Of a stretch of DNA of 64,000 nt, positions 13,575 to 30,927 are shown in pieces. Each line of letters begins with the position of its first letter. Position 1 is the stretch's first letter. A program made the translations under genes and the position numbers. Below the pieces are notes generated by a model. The model did not search any database. It had not been told where the DNA came from and worked only from the letters and a program-made list of their open reading frames with translations. The DNA is from Eledone cirrhosa (taxonomy: Eukaryota): NCBI GenBank assembly GCA_964016885.1, contig OZ024740.1, positions 44,020,001 to 44,084,000 on the forward strand. The letters run 5' to 3'.

Positions 13575-14035
13575 TTAGAAGTCGACCTTAAGTAGGAGCA
13601 ATAACATTAAGAAAGACATGAACGACACCACAACACTTTGTTTTGAACATTTTTATAGTAGATTTATAAGTATGAATTTTCATAAGATTTTCTTAGTTGT
13701 CTCTGTGGCCTAGCGATGGGTATTAAAGGCGGTGGAGATCCTGGCCTTCGGTTCAATCCTGATCAAGAGGTACATGCAACGTTTTTCAGTTTTTATTTTA
13801 CCACCCATGTCAAACAACTGGAAAGGTTTTCTGGGAGATCTACTCCCAACCAGAATCGAACTTCAGATCAGGATCACCACCGTCTATGATTCCTCCAAGT
13901 AGGCCAACGAGACAGCTACAAAAGAATAGTGAAAATTGATAATTATAAACCTACTTTCAAAATCAAAGGTAAATAGATGTGGTGTCGTTCATGGCTTTCC
14001 TAGAGTTATTAGTAATATTTAGAGTCGACTTGTCA
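13575..14035. repeat. Diverged inverted pair of a repeat with a tRNA-like head; related to 17345-17545
   Basis: gtggcctagcg..ggttcaatcc at 13705-13760 (+) and a mirror at 13842-13920; shared gtcgac and catgaacgacaccaca motifs. Confidence 0.65.
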
Positions 14036-14116
14036 ATCTTCTGGACCTTTGGCAACAACGTTATTGTTCCTATGTGTGTTTAACTGTTGAATTAATTTAT
14101 TTTGATTAGTTTAGCA

Positions 14117-14185
<69 letters not shown>

Positions 14186-14189
<4 letters not shown>

Positions 14190-17100
14190 TAAAATAACAG
14201 ATTAAAATTTAAGCAAAGAATCGCTGCTTTCACCCTTAACGGGATCTTCTGAAACTAACAAAGTCAATCAGTAAACGCTGAAGTGGATATTTCAAAAAAC
14301 GTTGCAACCGGAGGAAGACAGGAAGACGATACTTTGGTTCGTGGAAACGTTCGCTGGCAAAGAACGGGAAAAAACGAATATAATACGTCATTATTTGGAG
14401 CAGTGAAAAACAATTACACGCAAAGACAGAACCACGTTTAAGGTATAAAAGAAGTCGTAGACTATGTTCTCTTAGGTGGTTCATAGAGACGTTCTCTGGC
14501 AATGAACGAAAAAAACCGAAGATAGTACGTCATATGTGGAGCGTGGAGAACAAAACCACGTAAATGGTATAGCAGAAGTCGTAGACTAAAATTCTAACTA
14601 GGAGACCAAATGAATCTCCGCTACAGAGTTAAGAACAAAGTAAATAAATACAATACAGAGGTAATAGAAATTAAATAAAAACATACACGCATACAAATAC
14701 GTACATACACAAGCATATGCGAAAACACTTACCATAGGTATATAAAACCACGCACATATAAATATGTGTGTGTGTGTATGCGTGTATACAAATAAATAAA
14801 TAATTAAATAAACGTATATAAATAAATAAATACGTATATAACAAGCACACACACATACCTACATGTAAATCCACAAATGTTCGGAGACGTAAGTCAACCA
14901 AAACATGAAGTACACATATACACACACACACATACATACGAACCTGCATACTCACACAGACGCAAAACTCCCGTATACACATAACCAAACCATATGTACC
15001 AGAATATATAAAATTATACGCCATAACATATACAATCAAATATACGTACGAGAATGTATACGTACCTTCACAAAACATAGAGGTAATATATACTTTCCTA
15101 TGCAAATAAGTAATGGTATAAACAAAACATATACTTAGCTACCACATCAAGACGTAAAATATCCACGTATAGATCGTACTATCCGTTAGGGTATAACGAG
15201 GGTCTGTAATACAGGAAAGTTTTGTGCAATTTATGTTTACAAGCCGAAATTGCCTCAGATTTTTTGTTTAAGATGTGGTCTGTGGCGTAGAGTATTTCCA
15301 GGGCCTCAGCGGCGCAGAGGTCACATGGTCTTTTATTTCGGTTATATGATCTAGCCCTAGCTAGGATTTCCCAGTGTAAATTATATTGGGTGTGGTTGTC
15401 TTTTAGACTCCAGATATAAGCTGAAAGTGACGTCATATTCCTTCTTAAAGGGTAACGAAAAGAATGGGCATGCATGTAAAGACGCTGCTTGAATCTATTG
15501 GCGGTTAACCCTATGTAGGCCCTACGGGACGTGAGTGTTTCAACCTTGCATTTGTAGATAATGTTACTAGAGAGGCATTTCTCGGATAGGGGGCAATCAG
15601 CAATTACAGTTAGTACTAACAATTACAGTTAGTACTAACAATTACAGTTAGTACTAACTACAGGGTTGCACGTGTTCCTACGGCTAGGTAGTTTAGCTAA
15701 ATTTGAAGCTGTGATGTTATGTGCAAGGTTAGGAGTCGTAGAGTAAGAAATTTTAATAGTATTTCTATTAAAAAATTTACTATATTTATGCTTCGTAATA
15801 AGGGGAAGAAAGATCTTAGTTAATGGTGTGGCCACCTCCATATTATATGGTGGGTTATACCAACAAATGCGACGGGATCTATTACTTCTATGTCTATTTT
15901 CGTACTCTGTATATGCTACCTTATCGATGAATCCACTCCGAGCAAGAGCTTCATTGTAATAAGTGGAATAGTCGTTGAAAATATGCTCGTTAGTAGATAG
16001 ACGGGAAAGCCTCAACGAAACGTTCCTTACCAGGTTCTTGGTTATGCTGGCAGGATGGTTGGAATGCTTACTTATGTAATTAAGCGTATCATTCGGCTTT
16101 CTATACGGGTAATACAACCCATAAATTGAGGGTAACGTCGAGGTAATTAACGACCGAGAGATTGGCCTCAACCTGTATAGAGACGTTGAAGCCTTTAAAG
16201 AAGGCTGTGAGTTCTTTTCTGAACCTGTCGCAAGCACGAGGTCCACACTTAGTCATGGTCAAAAGACCATCATTACGGTACAAACCACCGCCTGCGTTGG
16301 GGAATTCGTCCTTGATAGAGAAAAGAAGGAAAAGGCCGATAAGATCAGTAACCTCCGCAGAGTCGCTGGCGCCCATACTCACGTCGAATGGGGTACTATT
16401 GGATGTCTTAATCCAAATAGAGTCGTCGAAATTAATCACCGACTTACGGGCATTGAGGATGACATCAACTTCGAAATCCTTAACCACTGTGAGTGTTTTA
16501 GCGAAATTGAGAGCTCTAAGGAGAAGTGGTAAAATGATGGAGGAGTAGTAAATGTTGATGACGAATTGGATAAAACGGCAATGTTCCTTGTTACATATGC
16601 CGTTGAACCAATCAATCACCGCGAAAGAATTGTTCCACAGTGCAAGAGGGGCCAAACTTCTAATTTCAGGTATAATTCTATCAAGAATCGTTTTACTAAG
16701 TCTACCTAAATCGGACTTCGTAGGGTTAATAAGCCGAATAGGGGCTTGTTTGGAAAATTGGATTTGTGATCCTTCAGGGTAAAGTGGGGAGAAATAGGGT
16801 CCAGAGGTTCGGTCCAGTCCAGGATGTTGAGATCAGATGTGATTTTAAACCCAGCATCGTTGATTTCATTGATGACGCACCGATTAGTTTTACGGTAATC
16901 CTTAGTTACAGCATTATGTAGTAGTTGATGGTAAGTACTGCGCTCCACTTGATATAGGTTGCCAGTTTTGTTGGAATGGACGTGCACGGCATTAGAATCC
17001 TTAATAGAACGAATTCTATTCTTCAGGTCCTGCTGTAAGGAATTGCTCCTATTCCGAAATTTGATACTCTGTATGAGTTCCAAGACATCATTTTCGAAGG

Positions 17101-17345
17101 GTAGCAATGCTGGGTTACACGGGGGGTTATTATAGGTTTTAAACCCAAATTTATCCCGTTTGTTGTCAGCTTTCCGCGGATTATCGAAATAAAAGGCACG
17201 CCAACGCAACCTTTCAATGAACGCGTCTGTTTTCTGTATCAAGAGTTTTAGGTATGTTTTCCTGCTTGGTACGGGTATGTTCTTTGTAGAAATATTCAAA
17301 TGTTGTTTCTGCATGATGAATATAAGTCAATAGAATGCTCAACCG
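14186..17345 (-). mobile_element. Near full-length PLE, Naiad-like (RT plus C-terminal GIY-YIG), frameshifted
   Basis: STKNIPVP, KDHK, RLINPTKSDLG, FDVSMGASDSAEVTDLIG, LYRNDGL, YRKPND, CNC..CPL..CL..IIYKC, YIGLT..FKQR..H; hammerhead with U4A change at 14206-14256. Confidence 0.92.
15601..15657. repeat. 19-bp tandem triplication disrupting the RT-EN linker
   Basis: caattacagttagtactaa x3. Confidence 0.9.
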
Positions 17346-17766
17346 AGGGAGCCAAACTCCCGACCAGGATCGAACTTCAGACCAGGATCACCACCGTCTA
17401 TGATTCCTCCAAGTAGGCCACCGAGACAGCTACAAAAGTTTAATGAAAATTGATAATTATAGACCTACTTTCAAAATAAAATTTAAAGAGTTGTGGTGTC
17501 GTTCATGGCTTTCCTAGTGCTATAGTAATATTTAGGGTCGACTTCTGGTCATTATTGAAAGTCTCTGGATTTCGCAAAATACATAATAAATGTTATTGTA
17601 GAAGGTAAATATTTTCCCGCAAAAATTTGATTGCACTGTTTGGTTTCCACTTATGTATTTTTAGAAAATGTTATTTATTCATTATAAAAATTATACGATA
17701 GCATTCTATATATAGGTGGGTCTCCGTCCTCTCCTGTCAACCAATATTTTTAAAACCAGTCCGCCA

Positions 17767-17802
<36 letters not shown>

Positions 17803-17805
<3 letters not shown>

Positions 17806-18432
17806 GTTCTGGTATATCAAATTATTACCATAGAACCACCTTAAATCATAGACACACTATATATTTCCGGGGGTACATTGTACCCTCAGATATATATTAA
17901 CCTTTTTCAATAATCTCCATATGTAGAGATACAAATGTTGTCGTTATATTTAGTTACTAAAAATCTTTTTTTAGTGGCGAGCTATAGACGGCGAGTCTAC
18001 GATTTTCCGCCTTCACTATACACCAATGTATTTACGGGTCACTTTCACGACCTTTTAGACCTGGAGTGAGGTCATATATTTTGTCGTTCCTGGGGTTTTT
18101 AACCCTAGGACAGGAAAATGCTTCTCTGATGATCGTTGCTTTTCCATTAATATCCTAGTGATATTTAATGTTTTGCACCGTGAAACTGTACAGTTAGGGC
18201 CATTAGAATAGGTAAATATTTATATTATATTTTTTAATTTTGATTAATTTTGATTGTATATTAATTTTGATTTATTTTGAAAAATTGATTGAATTTTTAC
18301 TTGTTCTGCTTATCTTGATACTATGTTCTGGTATATCAAATTATTACCATAGAACCACCTTAAATCATAGACACACTATATATTTCCGGGGGTACATTGT
18401 ACCCTCAGATATATATTAACCTTTTTCAATAA

Positions 18433-18435
<3 letters not shown>
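17803..18435 (+). mobile_element. Retrozyme-like partial tandem (519-bp period) with a hammerhead
   Basis: 114-bp direct repeats at 17803-17916 and 18322-18435; CUGAUGA at 18126, GAAACUGUACAGUU at 18182; (TA)n on both sides; no ORF. Confidence 0.8.
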
Positions 18436-18490
<55 letters not shown>

Positions 18491-18495
<5 letters not shown>

Positions 18496-19158
18496 TTAAA
18501 GTATATGATAAACACGAAATGTGTTTACATTGCAACAGACAAAGTTAGCTATTAATGAAATAAACTAATAAAAGTGAATACAATTTGTCTGTCTCGATAC
18601 AAGTCAATAAAGACAAGATTATATTGGCAACAGCCATGATTCCTGGACATATTTAAATTTTTAAATTCAAACCTGTTCTGTAGACGAATTTGAACCTCGA
18701 AACCCAAATAAGTTTCGCAACGGTGGAATGTGAATTGAAAAATAAAGAGAATCGAAATGGAATAGAAATAAAAGAGTGAAATGTCCAAATCTTCTGTGCT
18801 TATCAACAGGAATCCAGTAAGATTAGTCTATCTCACATCAAAAATTTTGCAGGTCTGACTACACGTGGGTAGGCAGGCCAAAACTAGCTATCCCACATTC
18901 ACGGTGCTAGAAATAACAGCCGCTTATGCAGGCTTAAGGATCAGCTCTTACAATAAAGGAGCTATACATTATATTATATTTTGAGAATAAACTCTCAGTC
19001 GTTTACAATAATTAAGCTCCAGGAAGGGGCTCTTCCGAGCAGTTAATACATTTAAAGTATATGATAAACACGAAATGTGTTTACATTGCAACAGACAAAG
19101 TTAGCTATTAATGAAATAAACTAATAAAAGTGAATACAATTTGTCTGTCTCGATACAA
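18491..19158. mobile_element. Non-coding partial tandem (556-bp period) in (TA)n
   Basis: 112-bp direct repeats at 18491-18602 and 19047-19158; only a weak UUGAUAA..GAAA motif on the minus strand. Confidence 0.75.
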
Positions 19159-19299
19159 TATATATATAGTAATTGTTTCTCAGGTGTCCGTCTTGATCAA
19201 CTAACAATTATGTAGGCTCGCTTTTGTCCTCGACGTAGCATACTTTCGAGGTTGTGATGTAATCACACAGTTTTGTGTACGACGGGTTTTTTTTATAAT

Positions 19300-19485
19300 A
19301 ATTGTTTCTACTTTTGTGACAAGGCCATCAATTCTCTCAGTGCATTACTGGTACTTAATGTTATCGACCCCATAAGGATGAAAGGCAAAGTTAATCTCGG
19401 CGGGATTTGAACTCAGATCATAAAGAGAAGTAACACCTTCAAAGCATGGCGTCCGACCCTCTACCGATACTGCTATTCCACCGGA
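19300..19485 (-). mobile_element. SINE family A
   Basis: Same A/B boxes and body as 1250-1435. Confidence 0.85.
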
Positions 19486-19557
19486 TATTTATATAATTAT
19501 GAAGGATAAGTCATGCTGGAATGCTGGAATATTTTATCAAATCATTAATTATGTCAT

Positions 19558-19618
19558 TGCTGTTATACGTATTTCGATAGTATCAATCATGTAATAAATA
19601 TGACCTCATCAGACAACA
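19558..19618 (-). ncRNA. Minimal hammerhead ribozyme
   Basis: uguugu CUGAUGA ggu..auc GAAA uacgua UA acagca; palindromic stem III; weak stem II. Confidence 0.7.
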
Positions 19619-21506
19619 GTTATGTAATTTTTTTGTACTGCGATATGCCTCGTGTGTGTATTTTGATGTTGCTCTTTCTACGCCAGTCTAACATATGGAT
19701 CTTAGTAAAGAATAAGCATGAGAAACAGGAGAAGAAAATTCTTATTTGAGCGTATTTTAAATCAAGAACCTAGCGTGTTACCAAATGCAATTTTAGAGGG
19801 GCAACAACATACAAACGGATAATATTGTAATTATAATCAGAATGTTAGCAGTAAAACATACACATAAGACTGAATAAATAAAAAAGAAAATATAAATATA
19901 CAATTAAAGTAATAAAAAGTAAAATATGAATATATGTCAACAGGAGTTTAAAGTATATAGTAAGAGAATAAATAAGAATGTGCGTTATACTATCGCTAGT
20001 ATTATGTCTTGAGTAACCTAGAGTGTAAAAGTTAAGTCTAGTATGATTCAGTAGTTAAGTGTATGGTACACAGTTATTTGTATCTAAGTTTTCTAAATGG
20101 GTAGAGCAAGTATTAATGTTAGGTGCAGTGTGTTACATAACAGGGCTTCATGTTAAATTGTAAGTAATCACTGGTATCCCACATTTATACTAATTTAGGA
20201 TGGGGGATTTTCTTAAATAATTATCATTATTTCACGTTTCCATATCCCCTGAGAAAATTACCCGCTGTCAGTTATGTGCAAGTACCGAAGAAGTCTGCCT
20301 TTTAGAAATTACCCATGGTTCACTCTCACTAACCATAGCACTAGAACAATTGAGAGACTGAAGAGGTGACATATATAAATATAGAAACTAGGAACTTAGG
20401 ATATAAATAGACCCCAACAGAAAAATAATTAATGATTGGACAGCACTTTAAACATAATGACAGATCTATACTACCAATATCCTAAATCCTAACCTATGTT
20501 AATGCTAGGTCGAACCATTATAGAAAGGTGGACGTGTATTCAATTGGCATCTGGTAATGTCAACAATAAGCAGGTTCTGTATTACGTGACATTAAAACTT
20601 TACGACTTGGAGTGTCCACACACAGAAGTATACGTGTAGCAAAATCTCTTCACACTTTATCACGATGTTAATATTTCTTCTTGTCTTGAATTGTTTCCAA
20701 CCCTTTGTCTGGAGAAAGCATCCCACTTGGTCATTTACTGTTTATCGAATATAACACTTTCTTCACCCCATTCTCCCCTCGTTTCTCAGCAGACGGACAT
20801 CACACGAAGTTGTTCTAGAAGAGGGACGTAGCACTTAGCCAAGCACACCAGCCATCTTGACAAGGTTGGCACCTCGATAAAGGTTAGTTCAATGATCATG
20901 TGAGACTACTATTGTATTCAAGCAAACTAGCCACACAACCATAACCCACAATTCACTTGGTTCCTTCTTATTTTCCTCTAATGTTAACAATGGCTTCGAC
21001 GTTAATTATTTCTTAAATATTATCATAGCAATGTTTGTTATTGTTCATGGATATTTTTAATGGCAGCTTTACTTTCAACCTTCGACTTCCAACTACTGAC
21101 TATTACAACCAGTACAACCAGATATCTCGACTCACTGAGACACACAAACTTGATTTATTCGCTATAACTCACAAACATTCCCACAGCACTTATATGGGAG
21201 AGAACAATTCACGCCAACACAACATTACTACTACATCGGCCACATCTAAGTGAACAATGTACAATAATACCAAATTCAAAGCATTATCTCGCGCTACAAC
21301 TAAAATATATGAACATCATTACATATGAACAACGACTGTTCTATAACCACTCAGCCACGAAACGGAATGAGTTTCAAATTATATCTCCCAACCAACAATC
21401 TGACAAACAATAATACATAGGATAAAAAAGTAACTACAATCCAATAAGCTGAACTTTCTCTCCTCACTCTCTCCATATGTCAATATATATACGTTTATCT
21501 ATCCAT

Positions 21507-21543
<37 letters not shown>

Positions 21544-21988
21544 CATGTGTGTGTGTGAAGGTGCATGGCTTACTTATATATGCATACACACACGTCCGCC
21601 CGCAAACACAGTGGTCATTTTAAACACACACACTGTGTGTGTGTGTTTAAAATGACCAATACCTTACACATATTGACACTATTGAGAATGCCGATTTTTC
21701 TGGCGCCTGTGACTTAGAAACACAATATAAGCATGACAGGTCACGTTATTCGCAACCAACCATTATTGTTCACCCTGTATGACCTCAACTTTGCTAATAA
21801 GGTTTCTATTATTGGATTCTGATTATATAACTTCAAATCCATAAATGATATATAATTGATTACATGACACTTACAGTGTTGTATGTTACAGAAAGTTGTC
21901 AAACCGACTTTCACAATTATTTCACGTTGCAAGATATATATATATCTATCCATCTATATATATATATATATATATATATCTGTATCTA

Positions 21989-22106
<118 letters not shown>

Positions 22107-22347
22107 GAAACACACAGATACATGCGGACACACACATATATACATGAATGCATCCGCACCCAACTGTGAGTTAAGGGTGCCAACTTCACCGATGTTGCTC
22201 AATGAATGACTGGGACAGACCAATTCAGTTTTAACTAGACTGAACCAGTATCAGAGTTAAAAATACATTATGAAGAGAGAAGAAACATTTAGATATAATT
22301 AGTAATAAAATGTATCATACCTATCCATCTATCTATCTATCTATCTA

Positions 22348-22387
<40 letters not shown>

Positions 22388-22439
22388 TAGATAGATAGAT
22401 AGATAGATGGATAGATACAGAGATAGAGAGATACATAGA

Positions 22440-24495
22440 TTTCTTTATGAGCCACAAAGGCACAAAAGAAGGGAACAAATACAAATGGGGTGTTTACATA
22501 CAGGTATATGAAAATAAAACTATTAATAAAATAACAAATAACAATTGAAATCCCCAATAGGAGGGAGGCGTTACACAGGGGCTGTACACACCCCGAAAAA
22601 ATGTGCAACCCTCATCTCCAGGAGCACCAAGAGTGAGTACGTCCTTCCTCTCTTCCTCTTTTTCCTCAACCTACAGGCTTATATAGAGAGAAGGCACAAC
22701 CACTCGGGCCATCTTTGCCACATTGACCCACGTTTTATAAAATTTGCTGGGGTACAACACCTCACTCTCCATCCTGGTTCTTCTTCCAAAATAATATTTG
22801 AAAGAACGAATCAGTTGTTCGCCGGAGAGAAAGGTGTCTGACATCAGCCCTTTTAACCTCGTCCACCATATAACCTCTTTCACCATAGCCATAACACATA
22901 GGAAAACTGCCTCTCCTTCGTTTTTGAAGGAGGGTGGCGGTTTGATCATGATAATGGACTCGGTGGTCAAATGGATTGGTCCCACCCGCGACAATAGTCG
23001 TTCTACGTAGCCCCACAGGTCGGTAAAGCCCAGGCAGTGTAAAAATGCGTTCGCGATGGTTTCCTCGTCGCGCACGCATCTCGGACAGATCTTTTTAGAA
23101 GGGTCCTTGCCCGGGTGCCCGTGTCTGTAGAGCTTGTCTCGAACTGGTAGAGCTCCTCGGTAGCACTGCCAGGCCAGGGACTTTTAGAAGTTGCCCATCG
23201 GTCCCGGGCGGAAGTTCTACCGAACAGACTGGCCAGTTCGTCTTCCTCTACGCCTAGATTTTATCCGAGCGCGTCGTCGCACTTGGTGCGGACCAACACT
23301 CTATAGAATGACAAAGCGGAGTGTCCACTGATCGCCGGGTCCGCCTGCCAGATGGCTGTGAGCGCCTGAGCACATTCGATGTGCCAGTCTTTGCTTGACC
23401 CAGGACTGCAGCTCGGTCAGCGAGACGAGTCGTGGGAATGCTCGCCTCACGAACGGGGCCCACACCGGTTGTCCGGTGAGGAATACGTGAGGTGCTACAG
23501 CATGAGCGCGTGTTTGCGCATCGTCAGCCATGGCATCCCCAGCCCTCCGTTTGAAGGGTGTTAGCAGCAGATGGATCTTCTTACCAAAGGAGCCCGTTTT
23601 TCCAAAGTAATTGCAAGAGCGCGCGCTCCATTTTGGTGAGCGTTTTGGCTGGACAAGGCACGACGGTCAAGCGGTAGTAGATGACCGACGCTATAAAAGT
23701 GTTCGCCACCTCCGCTCGACCTTTCAAGGATAATTTGCACTCGGCCCACTTCTGGGTGAGCGCAAATACCTTGACCGTCACCTCGTTCCAGTTCTTCTCC
23801 ACCTGGAGGTCCGGGCCAAACCAGATCCCGAGCAGCTTTACCGGTCTTTCCGTCCAGCGTCCGACGACGCCATTGGAAGGCATCGGTTTGCCTCTCCACC
23901 TTCCGAGTTGCAAACCGATGGATTTGTCCCGGTTCAGCTTCGCTCCTGTGAACATTTAGTATTCCTCCAGTAGGGTGCCGATCCCCCCGATTTGCGAGGT
24001 GCTCGATACCATTACTGTCACGTCGTCGGCGTAGGCCGACGTCGCTTTCCGCAGTCCCGGTTCCAAAGGGATGTCCTGCAATAGCTCCAACTTCCGCAGT
24101 AGTGGCTCGAGAGTCAGTACGTACAGAAGGTAGGAGAGAGGGCATCCCTGTCGGATGGATCCCATGATATGGAACGGCTCCGACAGGTAGCCGTTCACCT
24201 TGACCCTTGAGCAGATGTTGCTGCTGTGCATTGCAGCAATCCAGCCCCTGAACACGAGTCCGAAGCCTGCCACCTCGAGCACCGCATCCAGGTAACGATG
24301 GTCAACCCTATCGAAAGCCTTAGACTGACCTAAGTTGATCAGGGCCCCACCGAAGCCGAGTTTATACCCTAACCTCTCTATGATGTATCGCATGAGGTGG
24401 AGGTTGTCATGTATGGACCTGGTCGGGATTGCGCATGTCTGCGCTTCTCCCACCAGGTTTTCGACGACAAGCGCCAGCCTCTTTGCCAACAACTT
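22440..24495 (-). mobile_element. 5'-truncated Tx1/L1-like LINE (RT and C-terminal region), several stops and frameshifts
   Basis: SKAFDRVDH, IRQGCPLS, SAYADD, GAKLNRDKS, KLLGIWFG, CP/RC..DEETI..H-like Zn motif; (TAGA)n on both sides. Confidence 0.9.
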
Positions 24496-24571
24496 ATAAA
24501 TAGATAGATAAATAGATAGATAGATATATAGATAGATAGGTATATATATATATATATATATATACCAATAA

Positions 24572-28254
<3,683 letters not shown>

Positions 28255-29074
28255 TACACACATACTTATATATATACATATGTACGAGTGGGTTATATCG
28301 AATATTGATAATAACGTTCGATTCATTTCTAAACAAACGAGCCCTATTACGAGGAGCTGTGCCGTTTGTTCAACACTGGATTTAAGGAACAATCACCGTG
28401 TTTCTGGGTCATTACCGTTCATCATTGGCAGAGAAGTATACATTCCAGATAACATTTACGTACATGAACGTGCGGTTTGGGGTTTCAGAGAGTTAGCGGT
28501 TTTTTGTTGCGTCAATGCTAGTTTCATGTCTGCAGTTAACCTGGTTAAATTATCTGATGCCTCCGACCGCAAAAATGGTGAATGCTACGCAGGCACGCAG
28601 GCACGCACACACCCCAATAAATGAAGATGGTAATTCCATTCAATTTCTCTTTGACAATTCTTCAACTCAGCCAAATCTTCACTCATCACTACTATACCAG
28701 AGTTTTTCTTACTCCTCCCCACATAAGTAATAAAATATACACACACATAAACAGACGCACGCGTGCGCAGTCACACACCCACAAACACAACGACACTCGG
28801 AAAATACATACAAAAATATATTAAAATAATAAATAAAATATAATTTATTTTCAAACATTTTTTAACAACCTACAAATAATCTTTATATATGTATGGGCTT
28901 ATATACTTACATGCTTAAACCCCTATATAGACAGTGCATCATTGTACCGACACGTAAATCACCTAAATCACGCTTCCGACAAGATGGCAAGTTCACTGCA
29001 AGTAGTTTTATCAACAGTCTGGAATTAGATCTCGAAACGGCAAGAGCTCAGCCGTCGGGCCTCGACATTTTGCA

Positions 29075-29134
<60 letters not shown>

Positions 29135-29141
<7 letters not shown>

Positions 29142-30643
29142 CAAATAACGAAACGAAATTAAATTTCGTTTCGTTTGTAACTCACTTTTGTATGACTGAC
29201 GCTTAAACAATTAAGTTAAAAATGTACATCTACATATGCATACTGAAATACTAGTGTGTATATGAATACACACACGTATACATATGTAGGTGTACCAAGT
29301 CTTTCACTGGTCGCTTTACAGTGAGCGGCCCAGCTATTCTGTATATAAACACACAGACAAACCGGTTTTTAGAGTCATACTGGTTTTTCGGGGGAACACC
29401 TTCCCCCTATTCTCCAGAAAGCCAGACAAGGAACATTGAACTAGTTTCGTTGTTGTTACAACTCATCAGCAATATTTACCTATCTACCGGCCTTTCTGGA
29501 GAATTGTAAAAGCACATATCGTTATATGCTTTTTCTATGAAAATTAGTAGTGGGCAGACTAATTTGCATAGAGTGTGAGTACGCACCGGTTCAGCGGAGA
29601 CGATAAAAACAAATAACGAAACGAAATTAAATTTCGTTTCGTTTGTAACTCACTTTTGTATGACTGACGCTTAAACAATTAAGTTAAAAATGTACATCTA
29701 CATATGCATACTGAAATACTAGTGTGTATATGAATACACACACGTATACATATGTAGGTGTACCAAGTCTTTCACTGGTCGCTTTACAGTGAGCGGCCCA
29801 GCTATTCTGTATGTAAACACACAGACAAACCGGTTTTTAGAGTCATACTGGTTTTTCGGGGGAACACCTTCCCCCTATTCTCCAGAAAGCCAGACAAGGA
29901 ACATTGAACTAGTTTCGTTGTTGTTACAACTCATCAGCAATATTTACCTATCTACCGGCCTTTCTGGAGAATTGTAAAAGCACATATCGTTATATGCTTT
30001 TTCTATGAAAATTAGTAGTGGGAAAACTAATTTGCATAGAGTGTGAGTACGCACCGGTTCAGCGGAGACGATAAAAACAAATAACGAAACGAAATTAAAT
30101 TTCGTTTCGTTTGTAACTCACTTTTGTATGACTGACGCTTAAACAATTAAGTTAAAAATGTACATTTTTAACTTAATTGTTTAAGCGTCAGTCATACAAA
30201 AGTGAGTTACAAACGAAACGAAATTTAATTTCGTTTCGTTATTTGTTTTTATCGTCTCCGCTGAACCGGTGCGTACTCACACTCTATGCAAATTAGTCTG
30301 CCCACTACTAATTTTCATAGAAAAAGCATATAACGATATGTGCTTTTACAATTCTCCAGAAAGGCCGGTAGATAGGTAAATATTGGTGATGAGTTGTAAC
30401 AACAACGAAACTAGTTCAATGTTCCTTGTCTGGCTTTCTGGAGAATAGGGGGAAGGTGTTCCCCCGAAAAACCAGTATGACTCTAAAAACCGGTTTGTCT
30501 GTGTGTTTACATACAGAATAGCTGGGCCGCTCACTGTAAAGCGACCAGTGAAAGACTTGGTACACCTACATATGTATACGTGTGTGTATTCATATACACA
30601 CTAGTATTTCAGTATGCATATGTAGATGTACATTTTTAACTTA

Positions 30644-30648
<5 letters not shown>
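29135..30648. mobile_element. Retrozyme-like array: ~2.2 tandem 468-bp units plus one inverted unit, one hammerhead per unit
   Basis: Period 468 (29321/29789); minus-strand auauug CUGAUGA guug..caac GAAA cuag UU caaugu at 29433-29475 and 29901-29943; zero-spacer palindrome centred at 30161/30162. Confidence 0.92.
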
Positions 30649-30700
<52 letters not shown>

Positions 30701-30927
30701 CACGGTTGAGAAAGTCAGATAAAACTGCCCAGAAGACGAATCAATGATACGTTAATGATATTGTTTACACTTTTAGGTACAGATATAACATCTTCTAAAA
30801 AGATGGAATTGGTAGCCAACGGCTCTTAAGCGTAGCGATTATTTCACTCATCCGCCATCTTATGGGATGCTTTACAAGATTTTTCCAACTGTTTGATAAA
30901 ATTGTTATCGAATATTATTATTGTCAA

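Noticed and set aside
13700-13770. Functional tRNA gene (also 17355-17430 and SINE heads)
   Set aside because: A/B boxes only; no complete cloverleaf or anticodon arm, and the sequence is embedded in repeats.
15590-15665. Selenocysteine recoding in the Naiad-like element (TGA after CNC)
   Set aside because: The TGA is not at a Cys position and lies at a frameshifting 19-bp triplication; no SECIS-like hairpin seen after the ORF.
29321-30534. Three copies of a 62-aa ORF as a small gene family
   Set aside because: GTG start, antisense to the hammerhead, and repeated only because the unit is repeated.
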